64,000 nucleotides of DNA, taken from a bacterium (GTDB taxonomy: Bacteria > Zhuqueibacterota > Zhuqueibacteria > Residuimicrobiales > Krinioviventaceae). Below, one piece after another: positions 57,972-64,000 of the stretch. The notes beneath the pieces were generated by a model that made no database searches, was not told the origin of the DNA, and worked only from the letters and a program-made list of their open reading frames with translations. The stretch lies in contig OY843751.1 in the NCBI GenBank assembly GCA_963693055.1, positions 2,688,001 through 2,752,000 on the forward strand. Reading direction: 5' to 3'. Position 1 is the first letter of the stretch. Each line of letters starts with the position of its first letter. A program made the translations under genes and the position numbers.

Positions 57972-59536
57972 TGTACGAGATAACCATAGACAACAAGATT
58001 ATATCAGTCCAACCCGGTACAACTATATTGCAGGCAGCAAAGAGTTTAAACATTGATATCCCAACTATGTGTTATATAAATGGATTAGATTCCTTTACAT
58101 CATGTATGGTTTGTGTTGTTGAAGATATGAAAAACGGTAGACTCTTGCCTTCATGCTCCATGCTTGTACAAAACGGGATGATAATTGAATCACATAATGC
58201 AAAGGTTGAACAAGCCAGAAGAGATGCATTAGAGCTTTTACTAAGCGAGCATATAGGTGATTGCCAGGCTCCATGCCAAAAAGGTTGTCCTGCATCAATG
58301 AACATACCTTTAATGATCCGTCAAATCGCCGCTGGGGAGCTTGATAAAGCCATTCGTACTGTCAAAGCTGATATAGCTTTACCTGCTGTACTGGGTAGAA
58401 TTTGTCCTGCGCCTTGCGAAAAAGTTTGTAACCGTGCAAAGATAGATAATCCTGTCTCTATATGTTTATTGAAGCGATACTCCGCAGACGTTGATATGCA
58501 AGGAGTTACAGCGTTTATGCCAGAATGTAAGCCCGATAACGGAAAATCCGTTGCAATTATTGGGTCCGGGCCTACCGGGTTGTCGGCTGCTTATTACTTG
58601 CGTCAACGGGGTTACGCTTGTACTATATATGATAAAAAGGAATTGCCCGGTGGAATGTTAAGGTATGGCGTTGATCGCGATATGCTGCCTATCAAAGTGC
58701 TGGACGATGAATTAGCAATATTTGAAAAGATGGGAATTAAATTCAAACTAGAAACAGAAATTGGACAAGATATACCCTTTAAAGAGTTACTTGAGAACAA
58801 CGATGCAATTGTCTTAGGCACTGGCGTGATAGAGCTTGATAAGGCAAAAAGGTTAGCTTTGGACCATACAGACAAAGGATTTAGTGTCAATATGAAAACC
58901 CACGAGTCCAGTACTGCAGGTGTCTTTATTGGTGGTAGTGCTGTACGGGAAAGTAAGATGGCGATACGATCTAGTGCTCATGGAAAACAGATCGCCGTTA
59001 ATATTGATAGATATCTAAATGGATTATCGTTTGAGACTGATTCAAGGTTTGAATCCCGGATTGGCAAGTTGGCAACGACAGACCTTGAGGCGCTGCTTTC
59101 TCAGGCAGATGACCACGAGCAGCTTAAAATTGAGAAAAGCAGAGGGTTTGAGTCAAGTGAAGCTTTACATGAAGCAAATCGTTGTATGCATTGTGATTGC
59201 CGTAAACCTGACACATGTAAATTGCGTATATATTCCCAGGAATACAAAGCTGATCAAAAGCATTATAAAGGTGAGAGCAGAAATGACTTGAAATTTTTTG
59301 ACCAGCATGCCGATGTTGTTTATGAACCCGGTAAGTGCATTAAATGTGGTATTTGTGTGCAAATTACAGAAAAATTTAGTGAAAAGTTGGGACTCACATT
59401 TATTGGCAGAGGATTTAATGTCCAGATCCAAGTCCCATTTGGTACAGAATTGAACCAGGCGCTGGAACAATCAGCAAAAGAATGTGTAGAATCTTGTCCC
59501 ACAGCTGCACTGTCATTTAAAAAAGATATTATATGA
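57971..59536 (+). CDS. [2Fe-2S]/GltD-like FAD Fe-S subunit (HydA/NuoG-like N-terminus), NADPH-binding domain absent
   Basis: IPTMC...SCMVC...PSC, EHIGDCQAPC..CP, GRICPAPCEKVC, IGSGPTG, EANRCMHCDC and CIKCGIC...CP. Confidence 0.85.
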   Translation: MYEITIDNKIISVQPGTTILQAAKSLNIDIPTMCYINGLDSFTSCMVCVVEDMKNGRLLPSCSMLVQNGMIIESHNAKVEQARRDALELLLSEHIGDCQAPCQKGCPASMNIPLMIRQIAAGELDKAIRTVKADIALPAVLGRICPAPCEKVCNRAKIDNPVSICLLKRYSADVDMQGVTAFMPECKPDNGKSVAIIGSGPTGLSAAYYLRQRGYACTIYDKKELPGGMLRYGVDRDMLPIKVLDDELAIFEKMGIKFKLETEIGQDIPFKELLENNDAIVLGTGVIELDKAKRLALDHTDKGFSVNMKTHESSTAGVFIGGSAVRESKMAIRSSAHGKQIAVNIDRYLNGLSFETDSRFESRIGKLATTDLEALLSQADDHEQLKIEKSRGFESSEALHEANRCMHCDCRKPDTCKLRIYSQEYKADQKHYKGESRNDLKFFDQHADVVYEPGKCIKCGICVQITEKFSEKLGLTFIGRGFNVQIQVPFGTELNQALEQSAKECVESCPTAALSFKKDII

Positions 59537-60681
59537 AAAAAATATTATTACTGTTCAGCTTGATGTGGTTGCTGACCGGGTGCCAAAAAACCAATTCTGT
59601 AAAATCTGAGCAACCTGCAAATCCTTCAGAATGGACCGTTTTTCGAGGCAATTCACAATTAACAGGTGTTGCCGGCGGAAAAATTTTCGATAACCTGAAA
59701 ATGTTATGGTCATTCGAAACCGGAGACGATGTCCGCTCAACTCCTATAATATCGAATAACACTGTATTTGTAGGGTCTACCGATAAAAATATGTATGCAT
59801 TATCATTAGATGATGGGACAGTCATCTGGAAATTTACAATGGAGGATGATATAGAGGCACCTGCATTGTATTATGATGGAATTGTATATGCAGGGTCCCT
59901 TGATGGTACATTTTATGCGTTGTCCGCAGATAGCGGTAAAGTAATATGGTCTGTCGAAACAGGAGACCAGATCCTGGGAGCACCCAACATCTATTTTAAT
60001 GCGGCTAAAAAGGCCCGCATTCTTGTTGGCAGTTATGATTTTAAAATGTATTGTTACGATGCAAAAACCGGTAGTCCTGTCTGGTCTTATGAAACAGACA
60101 ATTTTATCAATGGAGCGCCGGCAACAGATGGAAAGCGTATTGTTTTTGGTGGATGTGATGAATTTCTCCATGTAGTGGATGTAAACTCGGGTAAAAAACT
60201 CGCTGCTATTCCTGCCGGTTCATATATAGCCGCTTCGGCAGCAATTCGTGATCATTTTGCCTATGTAGGACATTATGATTCAAAATTAATCTGTTTAGAT
60301 CTTGACCAGCAATCCGTTGTATGGGAGTATGAAGATGAAAAAAATGGGGCCCCGTTCTTTTCTTCCCCCGCAGTTACTGAAAAATATGTTATTGCAGGCT
60401 CAAGAGATGATTATGTGCATTGTATTGACCGAGAGACAGGTAAACCAGTTTGGAAATTCAAAACTCTTGATCAGGTTGATAGCTCACCGGTAGTTATAGA
60501 TAATAAAGTAATCGTTGGTTCAGAAGATGGGCGTTTGTATATGCTTGACTTGAATACAGGTCAACAACTCTGGTCTTTTGAAATCGGGAGCTCAATCATA
60601 GGTTCACCAGCAGTTGCTGATGGAAAAATTATTATAGGTGCCGATGATGGACGGATCTATGCCTTTGGAGAAAAAGTATGA
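59533..60681 (+). CDS. Lipoprotein PQQ-binding-like (BamB-like) beta-propeller protein 5
   Basis: Lipobox LLTGC, WTVFRG and regular SSP/VGSxDG blades. Confidence 0.85.
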   Translation: MKKILLLFSLMWLLTGCQKTNSVKSEQPANPSEWTVFRGNSQLTGVAGGKIFDNLKMLWSFETGDDVRSTPIISNNTVFVGSTDKNMYALSLDDGTVIWKFTMEDDIEAPALYYDGIVYAGSLDGTFYALSADSGKVIWSVETGDQILGAPNIYFNAAKKARILVGSYDFKMYCYDAKTGSPVWSYETDNFINGAPATDGKRIVFGGCDEFLHVVDVNSGKKLAAIPAGSYIAASAAIRDHFAYVGHYDSKLICLDLDQQSVVWEYEDEKNGAPFFSSPAVTEKYVIAGSRDDYVHCIDRETGKPVWKFKTLDQVDSSPVVIDNKVIVGSEDGRLYMLDLNTGQQLWSFEIGSSIIGSPAVADGKIIIGADDGRIYAFGEKV

Positions 60682-61964
60682 AAATTGTACATATTGTGCC
60701 CGGTTCAGGAAATACTTTTTATTGTCAGAATTGCATGCGTGACAATACTTTGGTTACCGCATTGCGTAACAGAGGCCATGATGTGACTGCCATTCCCATG
60801 TATCTGCCATTATTTGTGGATGATAATGAATTTGAGGATGAGACTCCGGTTTTTTATGGTGCTATTAATACTTATCTCAAGCAGGTAATGCCCATCTATC
60901 GAAAAGCACCTGTCTGGTTGGAAAAAGTGTTTGATTCCAGATTTTTGCTCAAACTTGCTGCAAAAAAATCAGGCTCAACCGATGCAGCTGGCCTGGAAGA
61001 CATGACTATTTCCATGATAATGGGAGAGGAAGGAAATCAATCTTCTGAACTGGACCATTTGATTTCATGGCTGCGAGATCATGCCAAACCGGATGTTGTG
61101 CATTTATCTAATGCTCTTTTATTGGGGCTTGCCCATAATATCAAAAATAAGCTGGGGATTCCTGTTGTTTGTTCATTACAGGATGAGCACCAGTGGGTGG
61201 ACCCAATGCGTCCGGAATATCAGGAAAAAGTATGGCAGCTCATGGCAGAAAAGGGCCAGGATGTAGTTGCATATACGCCGGTAAGCCATTATTATTCAGA
61301 GCGGATGAAAAAAATAATGGATATACCTGAAGAAAAAATGCATGTTATCCATGTAGGACTGGACTTGGAAAAATACAGTCCCACAGAATTTCCTATGGAT
61401 CCTCCGGTGATTGGTTATTTATCACGTATTCATAAAGATTCGGGTTTGGGAATTCTTGTAGATGCGTTTATAGAGTTGAAAAAAGATGAAAAATTTAATA
61501 AAGTTCAATTGCATATAACAGGCGGCAAAACAACAGACGATCAGCAGTTTTACAGCTCTATAAAATCAAAACTGGAGAATAATAATTGCTGGCAAGATGT
61601 TGTAATCTATGATTCTTTTGACAAAGATAGCCGTTTACAGTTTTTTAAGGCCATTTCAGTTTTATCAGTTCCGGTTCCGCAAGGAGAGGCATTTGGCGTA
61701 TATTTGATAGAAGCCTTTGCATCCGGTGTTCCTGTTGTTCAACCCAAGGTCGGAGCATTTCCTGAACTAATTGATATGGCAGGTGGGGGTATAATTTATG
61801 AGCCCAATGATCCTCACAAATTATCTGATGCATTAAAATCAATAATTAGCAATCCTGAACATGCTGTTCAACTGGGAAAACAAGGCAGTGAAAATGCCTG
61901 TAAATACTTTTGTATAGAAAAAATGGCCGATGATATGGTCAAATTGTATGAAACATTAATTTGA
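60678..61964 (+). CDS. Glycosyltransferase family 4 (GT-B)
   Basis: ALRNRGHDV, IGYLSRI, EAFGVYLIEAFASGVPVV and GAFPE; N-terminal FYCQNC. Confidence 0.9.
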   Translation: MKIVHIVPGSGNTFYCQNCMRDNTLVTALRNRGHDVTAIPMYLPLFVDDNEFEDETPVFYGAINTYLKQVMPIYRKAPVWLEKVFDSRFLLKLAAKKSGSTDAAGLEDMTISMIMGEEGNQSSELDHLISWLRDHAKPDVVHLSNALLLGLAHNIKNKLGIPVVCSLQDEHQWVDPMRPEYQEKVWQLMAEKGQDVVAYTPVSHYYSERMKKIMDIPEEKMHVIHVGLDLEKYSPTEFPMDPPVIGYLSRIHKDSGLGILVDAFIELKKDEKFNKVQLHITGGKTTDDQQFYSSIKSKLENNNCWQDVVIYDSFDKDSRLQFFKAISVLSVPVPQGEAFGVYLIEAFASGVPVVQPKVGAFPELIDMAGGGIIYEPNDPHKLSDALKSIISNPEHAVQLGKQGSENACKYFCIEKMADDMVKLYETLI

Positions 61965-62677
61965 TATTGGAAAAACTCATGTCTGTGCATCCAATACTTT
62001 TTGAATTAAGAAATGTCAGTAAAGCCTACGCTATTAATGCAGAATCAGATTATTCTGTATTAAAGAACATCATGTTAACTCTGCATGCCGGTCAAACAGT
62101 TGCCATTACCGGCCCATCCGGGTCAGGCAAGAGTACATTGTTAAACATTTTAGGCACACTCGACAAGCCAACAGAAGGTGATGTGTTTTTTCGTGATCAG
62201 GATATTACAGAATTTTCTTCAAATGACCTGGCACGTATCCGCAATCAGGATGTCGGTTTTATATTTCAATTACATCACTTATTGCCGCAATGCACAGTTC
62301 TTGAGAATGTTTTGATTCCTGTATTAGCTTTTGGAAACAGCGATGACATTGATAAAGCCACACATCGAGCAGAGGTTCTTTTAACACGGGTCGGTTTGGG
62401 ACAGCATATGAACAGCATGCCCGGAACGTTATCCGGGGGTGAGAGTCAACGTGTTGCAGTAGTTCGCGCATTGATCAATAATCCATCTATCTTATTGGCT
62501 GATGAACCTACCGGTTCACTCGATCAGGAAAATGCAAAAAGTTTAATAGAGTTGCTTATTGATCTAAACAATGAAGAAAACACAGCGCTTGTAGTTGTAA
62601 CACATTCCAATGAACTGGCAAAAATGATGAGTACAGTTTATCACCTGCAAAATGGACAATTAGAAAAACAACAATGA
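61961..62677 (+). CDS. ABC transporter ATP-binding protein (LolD/MacB type)
   Basis: GPSGSGKS, FIFQLHHLL, LSGGESQR and LADEPTGSLD. Confidence 0.93.
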   Translation: MILEKLMSVHPILFELRNVSKAYAINAESDYSVLKNIMLTLHAGQTVAITGPSGSGKSTLLNILGTLDKPTEGDVFFRDQDITEFSSNDLARIRNQDVGFIFQLHHLLPQCTVLENVLIPVLAFGNSDDIDKATHRAEVLLTRVGLGQHMNSMPGTLSGGESQRVAVVRALINNPSILLADEPTGSLDQENAKSLIELLIDLNNEENTALVVVTHSNELAKMMSTVYHLQNGQLEKQQ

Positions 62678-64000
62678 ATTTTTTTAAATTAATTGTTAAC
62701 AATTTCAAATATTTTCTCCATTCCCAGCATATTCCAATGGCACTTGGAACAATGATTACTTCAGGGGTTCTTATTGGTGCGCTTATTGTTGGCGATTCTG
62801 TCAAAGAAAGCCTGGTTAATATAACATATAATCGGTTAGGTAATGTAACCCATGCAATTGATAGCGGTGACCGTTATTTTCGCTATAAACTTGCTGACGA
62901 AATAGAAAATGAACTTGAAATTCCTATTTCTCCTGTATTGAAATTGAATGGTTTTGCTATCAAAGACGGGGGAGAGCATCGAGTAAATCAGGCACAGATA
63001 TTGGGCATCGATAAACGTTTCTGGAACCTTGCCCCAGATTATCCAAATTTTTCTGAACCCGCTCAAAATGAAGCTTTGATCAATGAAAAACTTGCAAATC
63101 AACTTGATCTCAAAGTTGACGATGAATTTCTGCTCAGGGTCAAGAGTATTGATTATTTTCCGGTAGACGCTCCTTTTGCACTAGATATCCAGCACACGGC
63201 ATCAATTCGAGTTAAAATAACGGGTATTGTTGCAGACAATCAACTTGGTCGCTTTAACCTGCAGGCAAACCAGACTTCTCCCTTTAACATCTTTGTGAAT
63301 TATAATCAACTTGCTACACTTGTTGATATCCCTGGTAAATGTAACACGCTGTTATTCAATCTCAATCTTCACAACTCTATATCTTATAGTGACTTGAGCG
63401 GATCACTTAAATTCAATTTTAAATTTGGCGACGCTTCTCTTGATTTGTCAAAAGATAGCAAGTTAGGAGATGTAATGCTGAAATCCGATCGAATATTTTT
63501 AGAACCCGTTATTGGTGATTTGCTGGATCAATCGGAATTGAATAATGAAAAATATTTCACCTATTTTGTAAATACTTTAAAAACTTCAACACGTAGCACA
63601 CCTTATTCGTTTGTATCCTCTCTGGATCCAGATGCGTCACCCAAAATTAAAAACGATGAAATTGTTATCAGTTCCTGGTTGGCCAGAGATTTAAATGCAA
63701 GTAAAGGTGATTCCCTGACTTTGGATTATTTCATTGTTGGAACGAATCGTGATCTGATTTTAAAATCATCAGTATTTAAAATCAATTCAATTATTACTAT
63801 GCCGCAAGCTGAAAAATTCCTTCAGCTCTTGCCAGATTTTCCCGGTTTAAGTGAGTCAGATAATTGCCGAGACTGGGACCCGGGTATCCCAATTGATCTG
63901 GATAAAATCAGAGACAAGGATGAAGAATACTGGGACGAGTATCATGGCACTCCTAAAGCTTTCATCAATCTTGAAAAAGCTCAGCAATTGTGGGGTAACC
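62674..64000 (+). CDS. Large FtsX/MacB-type ABC permease, 3' end runs off the window
   Basis: Not in the ORF track. ATGA overlap with the ATPase stop codon; MNFFKLIVNNFKYF...GVLIGALIVGDSVKESL...RLG N-terminal TM followed by a long periplasmic domain. Confidence 0.82.
   Translation, partial: MNFFKLIVNNFKYFLHSQHIPMALGTMITSGVLIGALIVGDSVKESLVNITYNRLGNVTHAIDSGDRYFRYKLADEIENELEIPISPVLKLNGFAIKDGGEHRVNQAQILGIDKRFWNLAPDYPNFSEPAQNEALINEKLANQLDLKVDDEFLLRVKSIDYFPVDAPFALDIQHTASIRVKITGIVADNQLGRFNLQANQTSPFNIFVNYNQLATLVDIPGKCNTLLFNLNLHNSISYSDLSGSLKFNFKFGDASLDLSKDSKLGDVMLKSDRIFLEPVIGDLLDQSELNNEKYFTYFVNTLKTSTRSTPYSFVSSLDPDASPKIKNDEIVISSWLARDLNASKGDSLTLDYFIVGTNRDLILKSSVFKINSIITMPQAEKFLQLLPDFPGLSESDNCRDWDPGIPIDLDKIRDKDEEYWDEYHGTPKAFINLEKAQQLWGN

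Noticed and set aside
55626-59536. Calling these genes respiratory complex I (nuoEFG) or an [FeFe]-hydrogenase
   Set aside because: There are no other nuo genes, no H-cluster motifs and no molybdopterin domain.
46945-60681. Annotating the propellers as PQQ dehydrogenases, BamB or Ser/Thr kinases
   Set aside because: Only the repeat fold is supported. They are too short for quinoprotein dehydrogenases, have no kinase domain and are not in a bam context.
250-63102. Numerous 60-150 aa ORFs overlapping the main genes (e.g. 1778-2209, 16057-16458, 26088-26534, 56945-57337)
   Set aside because: These are antisense or alternate-frame shadows of well-supported genes, without motifs or RBS.
1-64000. 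CRISPR arrays, tRNA/rRNA, IS elements, prophage genes, selenocysteine read-through
   Set aside because: Intergenic spaces are short and show no such repeats or structures by eye. No transposase or integrase motifs were seen, and the redox ORFs appear complete without in-frame TGA.

Overview
Low-GC bacterial chromosomal window, gene-dense and almost all on the + strand after 6.5 kb. The gene style suggests an anaerobic FCB-group lineage such as KSB1 or Calditrichota (inference only). Contents in order: (1) a minus-strand redox operon (GltD-like Fe-S flavoprotein, FAD oxidoreductase, 2-oxoacid:ferredoxin oxidoreductase alpha/beta) followed by a Tat-lipoprotein sulfatase cut by the window edge; (2) a mixed region with a TrmB-like methylase, pseudo-receiver histidine kinase, M23 peptidase, hypothetical proteins, a GNAT protein, a Tat sugar epimerase, a long eukaryote/archaeal-type DNA topoisomerase IB, a Crp + CYTH pair, prs, a HAD phosphatase, a RifK-like aminotransferase and queD; (3) a complete shikimate/chorismate/tyrosine operon preceded by an unannotated Phe/Tyr-rich leader peptide with an attenuator; (4) housekeeping genes polX, mltG, pcrA, a TPR protein, nadC, an atypical clpX, uvrC, argG and argH; (5) from about 46.9 kb to the end, a tightly packed operon of at least 14 genes: five PQQ-like beta-propellers, an NHL propeller with a GCCNP motif, a small Cys-rich twin-arginine peptide, a NapG/NapH-like ferredoxin pair, a fused NuoE-NuoF (HydC-HydB-type) subunit with electron-bifurcation signatures, a GltD-like partner lacking its NADPH domain, a CxxC-bearing GT4 glycosyltransferase and a LolD/FtsX-type ABC exporter. 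This last operon is the best candidate for an undescribed system. No rRNA, tRNA, CRISPR array or mobile element was seen.
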